NCBI RefSeq assembly: GCF_964355755.1 | Contig: NC_092679.1 | Location: forward strand, 22,799,432 to 22,863,431 | Direction: 5' to 3' | DNA: 64,000 nt | From: Antedon mediterranea | Lineage: Eukaryota; Animalia; Echinodermata | Part shown: positions 1 through 11,829 of the stretch, piece after piece | How the letters are laid out: every line of letters begins with the position of its first letter | Numbering within the stretch: position 1 is the first letter of the stretch | Translations under genes and position numbers: made by a program | The notes under the pieces: model-generated | What the model was told of the DNA's origin: nothing | What the model saw: only the letters and a program-made list of their open reading frames with translations | The model's database searches: none

Positions 1-231
1 AGCTGGTAATAATATATCATGCAAGAACAAATGTTGCATTTAATTATGAGAGAAAAGGATGTGGAAGATTGTCTATGAAGACAAACGGCCATATTAACAA
101 GTGTCTTGGCAATTAATAATAGTGTTGATATATATGATCAATGCGTTGCAGCATCGTGAAAGGGTCGTAATATTGACATTTTTCTGTATGTAACATCTTT
201 GAAAACTCTAGAATTACATAAAAACCTGATT

Positions 232-345
232 TCTACACTATCAAACTTTATGTGACAAACATGTGATGTGCTCATATGTTTAAACGATGATGTCATATCA
301 CCAGCATATTTTGGCATATCACATACTTTAGTTTGATAGTCCAGA
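232..345. mobile_element. Degenerate copy of the small palindromic MITE family (TIR AGCTCTGTCTACACTATCAAA)
   Basis: CTACACTATCAAACTTTATGTGAC ... GTTTGATAGT matches the better-preserved copies at 44905, 55388, 58660 and 60777. Confidence 0.6.
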
Positions 346-391
346 TATGACGTATGCATTTCAATCGACGACCAAGTGCTCATATACTTAC

Positions 392-1083
392 ATCGTCACC
401 ATCGGAACACATTTTGCTGCTGGTATAACAAGCTTGGAAGACAAAACTGTAAAGAGATCCAGATGTAACCTGGAAAAATAATTGTTAAAATAATGATGAT
501 TTCCATATTGTATATCTATGTTTTACCACATAAACAAATTCGTCTGACAGAAAAACGAACTTCCGAGTGCTTTAACATAAATATATTCTTTTTAATAACA
601 AAAACTTCCAACAAAAATCCGTACACTTACTGACACTTTTTGATAGAGTTGTTGTAGATTTTGTATAAAGGTTTATATAAATTGTATATAGAGAATTTTT
701 ATAAATGCTTATAGATATTTTGTAGAATTTCTAAAGAGATTTTATAGATTTTAAAAATATATTTTCTTTTCTATTTATATACAGTTCTAAATGGTTTTCT
801 ATATACAATATATATAGATAAAATTGATAGACTCATTGTATAGACTTCTATAGAAACTGTATACAAGTGGACGTGGTCTAACGTGCCTCGTTACTAACTT
901 ACCTGTTCAGTGACCGAGGTAATCTTGGAAAGCATGTACTTCTCTGGCGATTCGTTTTGATTGATTGTTTCAATTGCAAATCTCATCTTGTTTACAATGT
1001 CACCGTTGATTTCATTCTTTGCTGTGACAGAAGCCACCAAAAAACGAATCTACCAAAAACAGTAACAGCAACAACTTGGCCAT
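392..1083 (-). pseudogene. Cystatin-like gene copy A (exon 1 903-1083, exon 2 392-469), with a 1-bp frameshift in the signal peptide; exon 3 not identified
   Basis: ATG at 1083 gives MAKLLLLLFLVDS. Removing one base from the A6 run (1039-1044) restores FLVASVTAKNEINGDIVNKMRFAIETINQNESPEKYMLSKITSVTEQ|GTAAGT. Exon 2 (tttttccag acceptor) reads VTSGSLYSFVFQACYTSSKMCSDGDD|GTAAGT, giving a Q|VTSG motif. Same phase-0 exon layout as copies B and C. Confidence 0.75.
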
Positions 1084-1140
1084 TTTCTCTCTCAATTGAA
1101 CGGAATGTCTACAGTCCGCTGGACATCACACGACACCAGG

Positions 1141-1149
1141 TTTTATATA
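1141..1149 (-). promoter_or_regulatory. Candidate TATA box of cystatin copy A
   Basis: TATATAAAA on the minus strand, about 60 bp upstream of the ATG at 1083. Confidence 0.45.
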
Positions 1150-1684
1150 CACGAGTAACAATATAATCCATTTATTTATTTTTGTTTCCTAAATAATTTT
1201 ATTATATTGCGGTGTCATCACAAATATTATTATAGATAATTAACAATATATATATATATAAATTCTATTTTTTTTTGTTAATTAAGTAAATTTGTACTAT
1301 TAGTATTGATTGTAAAAACAGTTTACCATGGTCACTCACTTTATATAAATTTTAATAAACTATTGTTAATAACTAAATTAACCGTATCTGGAATCAAGGA
1401 CAATAAACAATTAACAATAAATATTCAAATTACCTTCTCTTTTAATTAAATTTGTATTGTACGATAAACACACCTCGGTTTCATTATCATTAATTTATTG
1501 GCTGATTCAGTTTTACGTGCCGAAAATTATTTTGATCCACGATCGATGTTTTTACGTTTCCTTTGAATAATACGGGTCAAACATTGGATATATCTGTCTT
1601 TTTTTGCATAACTTATATCATCCATTGGCCTTGGTCGTCAAGCGGGTCGTGTTTAAATATGAACATCCTTGATTATGTATAACA

Positions 1685-2080
1685 TAATAATAATAACAGG
1701 ATTTTTATAGCGCACATACCACTCAAGAGTGCTCAAGGCGCATTCAAAAAAATGAAAACAAATCATACAAATGCCTGACAAAAAAATGCAATTTCTTTGG
1801 AGGGTCCCCATCCGTTCTCGTTCTGTCGCGGTCCCGGACCCCTACCTAGGTGACCAAACAAAGGAACAGGATACAAATTTGCCTTGCCACAGACGACCGG
1901 GTGCTCAGAGACAACAACCAAGACAGAGGCACCCCAAAGATAATGCTGGAAAAAGTATACTATACAATTCTAGAACTTTAAGAAACCTCATGATTTCCAT
2001 ATGCCTTAATGAATAAATGTTTTTTTAAATAATTTTTAAAAGTATCTGAAAGTAAGAGTATTTGTACACTCTCAGTAGGG
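1685..2080 (-). mobile_element. 3' end fragment of an L2-like LINE
   Basis: Minus strand encodes a C-terminal-like stretch FKNYLKKHLFIKAY (about 2000-2040). It ends in GCGCCTTGAGCACTC...GCGCTATAAAAATCCTG followed by a (TTA)n tail, resembling L2 3' ends. Confidence 0.5.
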
Positions 2081-2112
2081 TTTTATTTTTATCAGGAAAT
2101 ACTTTGTCAATC

Positions 2113-2178
2113 CTCCCCGACGGTGGAGGGGTGGCAGCTCTCCACGAGCCCTGCCCCCTCCCGTTGGCGCCACCAGTG
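2113..2178. mobile_element. Solo terminus of a hAT-like element related to 47451-51741
   Basis: TGGCGCCACCAGTG (2165-2178) is a 13/14 inverted match to TIR CAGTGGTGGCGCCA. The subterminal motif CCCCGACG (2115-2122) also recurs in the intact element. Confidence 0.5.
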
Positions 2179-2378
2179 TGAGAGTTCCGGTCAATTGGAC
2201 AAATCTTTTTAGCACGCCGCGCCTTTGACCAATATTTTGTTTCGTTCAGATTACCTTATAATTACACTTTGAAGAATTATAGGTGATCTTTTTGATAAAT
2301 GATACCTTTTCCAAAATTTAATGAAAACAAGTATTGTGTAATATTTCGCGCCCGAAGGCAATTATTAGCATCAGTAGG

Positions 2379-3744
2379 CTTAATATCACAGAGACCTGGC
2401 TAGAAGCCATTGACACTGGAAATTATATTGGGTTAGTAATGATAGACTTGAAAAAGGCTTTTGATACAGTAAATCACAGTATTCTTATCAACTAAGATCT
2501 TTCAATTTTCATTCAAATGTTATTCAGTGGTTTGAAAACTACCTGCATAATCGTGTACATATAACCAATGTAAATGGTGATTTTTCTGATGAAAGTCACA
2601 TACAGTGTATGTGGAATTCCTCAGGGGTCCATCCTAGGACCATTAATGTTTCTCCTTTATGTTAATGACTTGCCTAATGCTGTAAATAAATGCTCTCTTT
2701 CTATGTATGCTGATGACACTGCCATATACTACACTTCCAATAATATTAATAACCTTACTGAAACAATAAATTCTGACTTATTGTGTCTTAAAAGATGGCT
2801 CATATGCAACAAACTTAGCCTAAATGTTAAAAAAACTGAATTTATGTTAATTGGAACAAGACAGAGGTTAAGTAAACTATCTGACTTACAAGTCAACATT
2901 AACATAGATGGAGAACCAATCTCTCGTGTAAATAAATGTAAACACCTTGGTGTGATATTAGATAATAATCACAAATCGATAATGTAAAATCTAAGGCTTT
3001 GCAGAGCTTGTACTACTTAAAAAAGACTAATAATATATTTCCAATAGAAATTCAATGCAAACTATACAAATCACTTATGGCTCCTCATCTTGAGTATTGC
3101 CATGTTGTTTGGGGACGTTCAAATATAACTCAAAGTAAAACACTACAAGTTCTTCAAAATCGCGCAGCAAAAGTTATTACAAACAAATCTCAAACCGACT
3201 CTAGTACTCAAGCTCTACAAAGTCTAAATTGGATGAACTTAGATGAAAGATTATATATAAATGAAGCTATTGTTATGTTTAAGATTATGAACAACCTTGT
3301 ACCTCCATATTTATTAAGTAAGTTCAATATCAAAAACAATTACTATAATATTAGAACTAAGCCAAATTTAATAGTACCAAAACCAAAAACAAACTACAAA
3401 AAACGTAGCTTATCATAGAGGTGCCAAGGTTAAGAATGAGCTACATGAAGATATTAAAAATGTGAACCCTGTCTCTCTTTTTAAGAAACTGTTAACTGCT
3501 AATTTCATGTAGCTTTATTTAAATGTAGTGTATTATTTAATTTTATAGTTAGTAAGTGTATCCTTGTTTTTTTATCTGCTTTTGTTATTTTGCTTCTGTA
3601 ATTGTTTTATTATTTGATTTGATATCTACTTTTTACATTTATTATTGTTAGTGTTTTCCTTTGAGCACGGTCTTACTGAAAAACAACTTTTAGTTGAGTT
3701 AAGTATCCGTGATTAAATAAAGCTTATTATTATTATTATTATTA
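2379..3744 (+). mobile_element. Degenerate 5'-truncated CR1/L2-group LINE (RT C-terminal half plus 3' UTR)
   Basis: RT motifs IDLKKAFDTVNH, GIPQGSILGPLMFLLYVND, YADDT, NKLSLNVKKT and LQNRAAKVI, broken by stops and frameshifts. AATAAA then a (TTA)n tail at 3724-3744. Confidence 0.9.
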
Positions 3745-4033
3745 CTTATTACCAGTAGGAATTTAGCAGGATTGCAGTCGAAAGCTTGGATTGGACTATC
3801 CTGAATTGGTAGCGGGACCGAGTTCGGTATGCTAATGTAACAAGCTAAAGATGTTACAAATTAAAGTACGATTAAATTTAGCTGATTTAGAAGATTATTC
3901 ACCGTCATAGAATTATGAGTTGTCGAAAAATGAGTAAAATAATGAAATTATTATGTAAATGACGAAATAATAAATGTTGGACACACCCACTAAGGAAAAA
4001 CACGAACGTAGTAATTAAGGTATCATAATTTTA

Positions 4034-5255
4034 CTAAAGAGGGCTGCAGTTGTATTCTTTGAGCACATTATCATTCGGAGGTGAAAGCCACATTCTCTTC
4101 CAAACAGTCACATTGCAAGTTTCCATCTGTAATACAAAATAAATTTTGTAAAATTATTAAAAAAAAGAAAACACAAAAGGTCATGTGAATGTAACTAGTA
4201 GTAAATAACTAGTTAATTAACTAGTAAATAGTTAATTTATGGAACTAATGGAATCAATTCAGTATATACAATTTAGGATTAATTAATAATCTGACCTGTA
4301 TGCCGGATGCAAGTTGCCCTCTATAGGTTAGTGGAAATTTCATGAATATTGATCTTCCATACAGAAGCATAGTGGCCAAATCTAGCTATCTTACTATTAT
4401 GATAGGCTTAATTTTAGGAAATCTAGCATACAAAAATAATTCTGAGGAATATTTCCCATTATTATGTTTTTTTTTTCCTTTCCCTTTTTTTGTTCTGGCC
4501 ACAATGTACGGAAGTGGTGAACATTACAACAACGATTTCGACTTACAGGAACATTCCAATCACAGAGATTTTTAGTAATACACGCTTGAAACTCGATACA
4601 GTAAAGCATTCCTGTTACTACCTGGAAAACAATAATTTATTGGTTTTTGATAGCTGCGTGTTTTTTTAAAGTGTACGAACAAATACAAGTGTTGTCTATT
4701 ATTACGCTTATCAAATCGCTTGTAATGTTACTAATTAGTTTATTATGAATTCGGTTGTGAAGTTACACTCAACATAACCGAATATACTTAGGCATATAGC
4801 AGGGAGTTGAAATTACAACTTTCTGCTTATAGTTATCGACCGAATTATTCTATGTGAATAGTTTATGAAACAATCAAAGAATTAAGAATCAATGCAAACA
4901 GAATTTTAGATGTCTACAAAATAATAAGCAATTCGTTCAAACGATTATCATTGTGTTGTATGTTTCTTAGACTGAATGGCAGTTAATCGATCTGCATTGC
5001 GCCTACACTTACGTCGTTGTTATGTTGTACCTTTACCTGTTTAGTGGCTGCGAATATTTCAACAACTTTATATTTCGCTGTGTCCAAAGACGATGCTTCC
5101 TTTAAATTGATTTCTTCAATTGCAAAGGCCATGGCTTCTTTAACGTCATTGTTATCGGCCGGCTGTACTTCTCCAATGCCCATTACTTCACTAACAGTAA
5201 TAAACCCAAACGGAGTCACCAATAACAGAAGGAGCACCAAACGTGCCATATTCAT
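4034..5255 (-). CDS. Secreted type-2 cystatin-like protein, copy B (128 aa; exons 5037-5255, 4547-4621, 4034-4126)
   Basis: Signal peptide MARLVLLLLLVTPFGFITVS; helix DVKEAMAFAIEEIN; ATKQ|VVTG motif (QxVxG-like) split by a phase-0 intron. Exon 2 VVTGMLYCIEFQACITKNLCDWNVP; exon 3 METCNVTVWKRMWLSPPNDNVLKEYNCSPL*. All introns are GT-AG and exon lengths are 219/75/93 nt. Confidence 0.9.
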
Positions 5256-5819
5256 CTAGCAATACTAATGAGCTAAAATGCCAACACTGGCATACTAAAC
5301 AGACTGATTAATACAATAATTATTCTGATATTGTACCCTTTTGTTAACCAAATTATAGTTCTTGTTATTTGTGAATGTCAAACAGCTTACTAAGCCAAAA
5401 TGATGAAATTAAAATAGTAGACATGGTTGACTAAAGAAGATTAAGTTGTATAGAATTTTAAATATTTATGACAATGATTAGAAAAAGTACATAAAGACGA
5501 CCATGGATCTAGTGACAAAAAAGGACAAAAAGTGATTAATTTTAACAAACTTTTGAGAACAGAAAGAGTTTATGGCTCACGCAATGACAAATTAAGAGTC
5601 AAACTAAATATGCCATCACAGGTTTTCACTGCCGATATCAACGTATAACTTAGATATTCTAAATAACGGAATTCAAGCTAAAATACGTAATGTATGCAAA
5701 CCGGGTTATCTCACGTACGACAAGAAAATTCACTTCAAACTTAGACTTGCTGTATTTATTGTCTTTTTAGTTAGTTAGTCCAACAGTCGACGTTTCAATT
5801 TTTGTCTGTAAATACAGCG

Positions 5820-5890
5820 CAAGTAGTATACGTATGAAACGCCATATGTGTAAAAAATATTTATCTTTTTACTAATATTAAGTCAAAACT
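5820..5890. repeat. Dispersed unclassified repeat (also about 58200-58266 and 62805-62860)
   Basis: Shared (CAAGTAG)TATACGTATGAAACGCCATATGTG..AAAATATTTATCTT..TAAGTCAAAA in three places, all in the same orientation. Confidence 0.7.
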
Positions 5891-7137
5891 CCCTCCATGG
5901 ACTAACAAAACACATAATGAACAATAGGAACAAGTGTACACCGTATTTCCTTATAAGTATTCACACTTATAATACGAATAATTACACAGCGCCATCACAG
6001 AAATTGTATTTATTATAATAGACAAATGTTGTTTAAGTCAACGTCTGACTCCATTAAGCATTGCCGATATATTTTAAACCTAAGCTTGTGTGTTCCTTGT
6101 TTTGTATGCGTAGGTAAAGAACAAAATCAACGACTCATACATAAATGTAATGTAGCATTTTCTTTTCAATCTGATCACAGATCACAGGCTGAAAAATTAC
6201 GTTTTTTTATTTTTACAGAAAGTGATAGCTGAAACAATATTTATTTACATTACCTTGGTGTGTATCTATTTTGAGACAAAATAGATACATTTTAACATTT
6301 TGTGTAGTAAGTTGGTTAAAAAGATGGTATAAATTATGTATGGTTTTTATTAAAAAACCTATCATGTTCTATGCTTAAATTTAAAGTGTTCAATTGGGTT
6401 GATGTTAATGAAAATTGTGCATAGTAATGGAACAATAGTTAATTAAGGAAGCTTCGAAGTTTCATTGAAATAAAACAATTAGAATACCCTTTTGCTAAGG
6501 CGTAAACTGTGTTACTTAACTTTAAAATCATTTCTTTAAACACTAATTGTAACAACCAAAACTTTAGACTGAGATATCTCTGGAAGTAGATATGGTATCA
6601 ACATTTTTTTCAGCATTTTAAATCTTGGATTATGTAGTTTCAGTATTTGTGGAAATCTCAATTTTTGAAATTTCGACTTATGTCTGGTTTCCCTTGCATG
6701 TGCCACAAATGCGTCTTTTTACTACTTTACTGTAGAGCAGAGCGAAAAGTGCTATATAGTTCTAGCCAACTACCCCATCGCGCGGCTGGGGGCCACAATC
6801 TAATATCTCGCCGCACAGATTTTGAAAGTTTGAAATTATACTCTCCTGCGTCGTACGTATATAGGGCGCAAACATTTGTTTTTCAATTTTAATTCGTAAT
6901 GTAAAAATATTATGACCTTACAACAGTTGGCTTATTTACGGTGCTTATATACATTAGTGGGGTATTTGACAATAACATTTTAGGTACCTAACTGGTCATA
7001 GGTTTAGGATACCATATTTGTGCAATAGAAACATATAATATTGTCTACTAGATAGACAAGATGAAAAAACAATTTCTTTATAATTACTGTTCACTCTGCC
7101 CATAATAGTACCCGTATTAACATCAAACAAACAAAGT

Positions 7138-8164
7138 CTAAGCTTTCTGGAAACTAAGCAAATAATCCAACAGCCTTCGAGCCATGCTTGGAGCGGGGCA
7201 TTCACAGTCAATCAGTTGGCCTGTATGTCTGTCCCACACAGTCACATAGCAATCCGCTGTCTGTAATTGAAAATAATATATCAAAAGCGTACAGTAACAG
7301 GTATATGGGAATATGTTGGCATAAGAGTTCGACGTGAAACTTTTAGATCGCCCTGATAATTAAAAAATTAGAAAAGATTTGATGGTCGGACGTAATTTAA
7401 CAAGTAAACCCCATAAGCGTAACGAAAGCAAGTTGACCAATGACAAGCGACAGTTCGAATAATCCAACATTTGTGATTGGTCAAATCACTTAAGCTTGGT
7501 TCTCATTAGGACGTAACGCAAGGACGTGACGCAACGCAAGCGAGTTGACCATTGACAAGCGACAGTTCATTGGTCTCAACTTGCTTGCGTAGCGTTTACT
7601 CCTTTCGTTGCTTTCTAGTAGCATCAACCCAACAACTCTCTCCCAAGGCTCAATCATTTCAATATCGACTGCACTTACTATATGGCTGTGTGTGAACGGC
7701 CGTTAAATAAACTTACCCTTGTGCACCCGTAATCTTGGTTCAAATCGAGATACAATTCGTAACGAGTTCCGTCTACAATCTATAAGCACAATACGGTCAT
7801 TACTAAATTATATGAAAAAACTGTCATGGAAAAAACTTCGCAACAAAAGCTCCTTTAATCCATCCATATATAGATATCATTATTCTATCCAAACAAACCA
7901 GTACTCATTAAAAAATACTGTAATTAATATTATTTAACAACAAGGGATTCAACATAATCGACCTACCTGTTTAGTGGCCTTAGTGATGGCAGGTATGCAG
8001 GTCTCTCCTGCGTTTTCTGAATCAATCAAGCATTGGATTGCAGGTCCGTAGATTAAATAAATAGAGGGATCTTCTTGGGGATTAGACACGACTTCTTTTC
8101 CAGTTATTGGATTACAACTAGCCTGGAAAATAAACGACAACAGCAAACACCAAATAGTAGCCAT
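7138..8164 (-). CDS. Divergent secreted cystatin-like protein, copy C (127 aa; exons 7967-8164, 7717-7779, 7138-7260)
   Basis: Signal peptide MATIWCLLLSFIFQASC; ATKQ|IVDG motif (QxVxG). Exon 2 IVDGTRYELYLDLNQDYGCTR|GTAAGT; exon 3 TADCYVTVWDRHTGQLIDCECPAPSMARRLLDYLLSFQKA*. Exon lengths are 198/63/123 nt with GT-AG phase-0 introns. The exon-1 end ACCTGTTTAGTGGC is identical to copy B. Confidence 0.85.
7416..7618. mobile_element. Degenerate palindromic MITE-like sequence (about 1.5 copies) in intron 2 of cystatin C
   Basis: Direct duplication of AGTTGACCA(A/T)TGACAAGCGACAGTTC, and inverted ACGCAAGCGAGTTGACCA / TGGTCTCAACTTGCTTGCGT. Confidence 0.5.
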
Positions 8165-8165
8165 C

Positions 8166-8528
8166 TTTCTCTTCTGTCACTTAGTAGCGCTTGCTCTATG
8201 TCACTTGGTAGTGTCGCTTTGCTCTACTGTCACTTGGTAGTATCGCTTTGCTCTACTGTCACTCGGTAGTGTTGCTTTTCTCTACTGTCACTTGGTAGTA
8301 TCGCTTTTCTCTACTGTCACTTGGTAGTGTCGCTTTTCTCTACTGTCACTTGGTAGTATCGCTTTTCTCTACTGTCACTCGGTAGTGTCGCTTTTCTCTA
8401 CTGTCACTTGGTAGTGTCGCTTTTCTCTACTGTCACTTGGTAGTATCGCTTTTCTCTACTGTCACTCGATAGTGTCGCTTTTCTCTACTGTCACTTGGTA
8501 GTGTCGCTTTTCTCTACTGTCACTTGGT
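8166..8528. repeat. 29-bp minisatellite, about 13 copies, abutting the start codon of cystatin C
   Basis: Unit TTTTCTCTACTGTCACTTGGTAGTGTCGC. GTCACT recurs every 29 bp from 8229 to 8519, plus two degenerate proximal copies. Confidence 0.95.
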
Positions 8529-9135
8529 AATATAGTGAGCAAACACAAGGTGACTTTAGTCAGTGATTTGGTTATCAATGGTAGAAATTACCATAAAAAA
8601 AACGTTTTATAAACCTTACAATGTTCTATAGAATTCTATAGAGCTCTATGCTATTCTAAAGTATAGCACCATTTCTATATAAGCATATTATTTCAAATTT
8701 ATTTCAAATTTCAATTTCTATAGGATTTATTTTTGTCTGACTTGTTTCTTCTTTTCTATATAGAATCTATAAATTTATGAATTTAATTTGAATCTAATTA
8801 GTTAGGCCTATTATTTTTAAATAGATTTTCTTACCATTATGGGATGATCATGTAATGAATTGGATTGATAATTGTATTTTATTTTGCCATTAACAATAAT
8901 ACGTTTGCTTTTTAATCGTTTAAAACATTTTTGTGATAAGCAATTTTGAATTTAAAAGAATAGGATATTGCTATACCAGTTTATAGACTGCCAAATAAAA
9001 ATCTGAAAAATATAGACAAAACCGTAAAAACAACGCAACACTATTAACATGAAATAATTATTTATACTGTATACGGTATTTGAATTATATAGACTAATTT
9101 TTTACTCTATATCATCGATTATTATCATTAAATGC

Positions 9136-9342
9136 AGTCTTCTCGGATAAGGACTATAAACCGCAGGTCCAGTGTACACAACTAGCTCGTGTGCACTTTA
9201 AAGAACCTAGTACATCTTTCGAGACGAGTAGGGGGTTACCCCGGTGTATTAGTACATCACAGCCACTGATCACCAACTGGGCCCTCTGGGAGATCAGTCT
9301 TTGACTGAAGAGGTCACCCAGTATAAAAATGAACAAACAAAC
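9136..9342 (+). mobile_element. SINE body with Deu/Nin-like conserved core, 5' head missing
   Basis: TCTCGGATAAGGACTATAAACCGCAGGTCC...TTAAAGAACC...TTTCGAGACGAGTAGGGGGTTACCCCGGTGT resembles the Deu/Nin domain of AmnSINE1-type SINEs (recognised from memory). Short (AAAC)n tail. Confidence 0.65.
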
Positions 9343-10082
9343 AGGAAAAGCTGTTTTCATTTGTATGGTGGTTGATATCGCAATAATAGCTCAATTAAAC
9401 AACGGGGTTATCCTTGTTAATCTTTTCATATCATTGAAAACAAAATCCGTTTTGGGTTGCCGTAACCTATGTAACCTACTTAAAACCATTCATTTAGCGA
9501 CTATTTATTCTCACAACGGTTCTCACCTTTCCTTCTATTTATTTTTAAACTTGCAAAAATTTCTATGTGTATGTATACAGTATATTTATTTATATACTTT
9601 ATTTAAAAAAAATAAAATAAATGTTACAACTTGTGGTCAATGGCCAGATTGCGTGTAATCCATAATACAGACTCTTAAAAATATAAAGAAACACCAATAT
9701 ACAAAATAGGCCTACATAAAAAGATGAAAAAGGAAAAAATACAATGGGATCAGGCATTAAGCAGGTGGATGAAATAGAGGATTGTGTCGTTCAAGTGGGC
9801 AGTTCTGGATGGTAATTTGAATATTTGGTTCCTATTACTGAGCAATCTTCTGTAACTCTATAATTATATACACGACAATTGGCCTGCGTTATGGCAGTCA
9901 CGTGATTTCGATTGATATTTCGATTAGCAAATATCTGATAGATTCACAATGAAGATAGAAACTGGATACTCTTGTTTAGTTTTACTTCAATCAGTCGTGA
10001 ACGTAATACACATTATTACTTAGGGTAGGCTACTAAAAGCCCTCTTGCAATGTCACAATGGTGTAATTGGTGAGCCGTCGTG

Positions 10083-10172
10083 AACCATGGAGCGAGTGAG
10101 CCACATCGAACCCTTGCCGATGTTATGGCTACGAAATTACGGTTCCACTGCTTTAACTGTTCGGGCCACTCA
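10083..10172 (-). mobile_element. tRNA-derived SINE head
   Basis: Minus strand GTGGCCCGAACAGTTAAAG (A-box-like) ... GGGTTCGAT (B-box-like). No complete cloverleaf or CCA end. Confidence 0.5.
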
Positions 10173-11757
10173 ATCACTCACTCACTTATCAATTTCATGT
10201 ATTTAATCAATGTACTTTTATCTGAGAAGAATGTTGGGAGGTTGTAAGATCTACATATTTCTCAATCTATTTTACCTGTTTCTCTTCATATCACTTTGTA
10301 TTTTTGGTCGTACACAATAATATACAGTGCGCAACTGAAAGGGTCAGTTGGCATACAAAAAAAAACTACCTGAATAGGAAACATAAAAAAAGAACTAAAA
10401 AAGTACATCAATTAAAAATGACCGTCGGGCCACCGTAAGATTCATGGAAATGATTCTCGAACATAATTTCTACCAAAGACGAATAATGTACCAGATGATG
10501 TTGAAGATTAAGATGTTTTAGTGTTGGTATAAAATGCATTTTATTTCTAAAAAGCTGTTTATGTCATATTGCAACTACATTTTTTGGAAATTAGATAGTT
10601 ATTGGTCAGAGGGAATTACTAATCGAATATTAGGCCTTGTCGTAAAAGATTATTCAGCTGATTATGATTTCTGCCCTAGTATTTTACTCCCACGGAATTT
10701 CATCATTGTTGGAAAATGAATGTTATGTTGTTAGCTTAATTGTTGGTACACGATTTGAACGATTTTCAAAACAAAAATATTTCATTGTAAAAATTGTAAG
10801 TGGAACACTACAAAAACACTCCTCCGCTTCAGCATACCATAAATACCTAATATTCAGACTACAATGTATCTTTATTAAGTTTTTCTATCAATCCATTTTC
10901 ATATCACGCAATCCATTTTACAATTTAATAGTTGAATAGTGATGGATAAGTTACAGTGTTTAGAATTTCAATAAACAATCGTTAGGCCTAACTTTGCCGT
11001 CACACTTTTTCAATTTACTGAAAATCTAAACTGAACTTGCTGTCATAATAGTACAAAGACAGTTATTCAATCAAAGAAACGCTCTACTGCACATGAGAAA
11101 TAGACATATTGTGATGTCGGTCGATAAACTTCTGACGACAAGTACAAAATAATCGGCTAAATGCATTCGTACTTGTACAGTATTTACAAAATCTCTGGCT
11201 TGTTACATTAGCATCGAATAAGCAGACAGCAGATACATTATAGATTAATAAAAGTTTAATTATTCATAATTCATCCGTATCGTAACTCATTCCAAAACAC
11301 AGTTTTATTAGCCTAATTTCTCATTATAACTTAAACTAGCAGAAATATTGTTTGAGAAACATGTGCACATATATGTAATATGAAATTGTTAGTCATTAGC
11401 CTCGCAGTCCATATCGCCGATCTTTTCGACAATTGTTTCTCCCAAAGCGTCACCTCGCAAGTTTTCAACTGTATTACAAAAGAAAACACCAATATTTTAA
11501 CAGTTTTTTTAAAAAAGTTTATATAAAATAGGATTTATAGTCACGATTAGCATTGAATGGAACAGTAAAGCAATGGCGTGACATTTGTGAACTAATAGCT
11601 TAATTATTCATTATTCGGGCCTTTTAACACCTCTGTACCAACATTAACATTTATTACCTAAGATGGTTGTAATCAATTCGTGCCTTGTTTAATGACTGAA
11701 ATAATGAGTTGTCACCGACATACCGATGTTTACCATTATAGCTGCCAATGTGTATGT

Positions 11758-11829
11758 TTATTATAGCGCTCTCTATGGTCTGGTGTATTATTATAGCGCT
11801 CTCTATGGTCTGGTGTATTATTATAGCGC
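11758..11829. repeat. 30-bp tandem duplication (about 2.4 copies)
   Basis: TTATAGCGCTCTCTATGGTCTGGTGTATTA repeated exactly. Confidence 0.9.

Noticed and set aside
94-183. Possible exon 3 of cystatin A (acceptor at 184)
   Set aside because: The translation KNVNITTLSRCC... lacks the CxVTVW pattern seen in copies B and C.
10083-10172. tRNA gene
   Set aside because: Only A/B-box-like motifs, with no complete cloverleaf; better explained as a SINE head.
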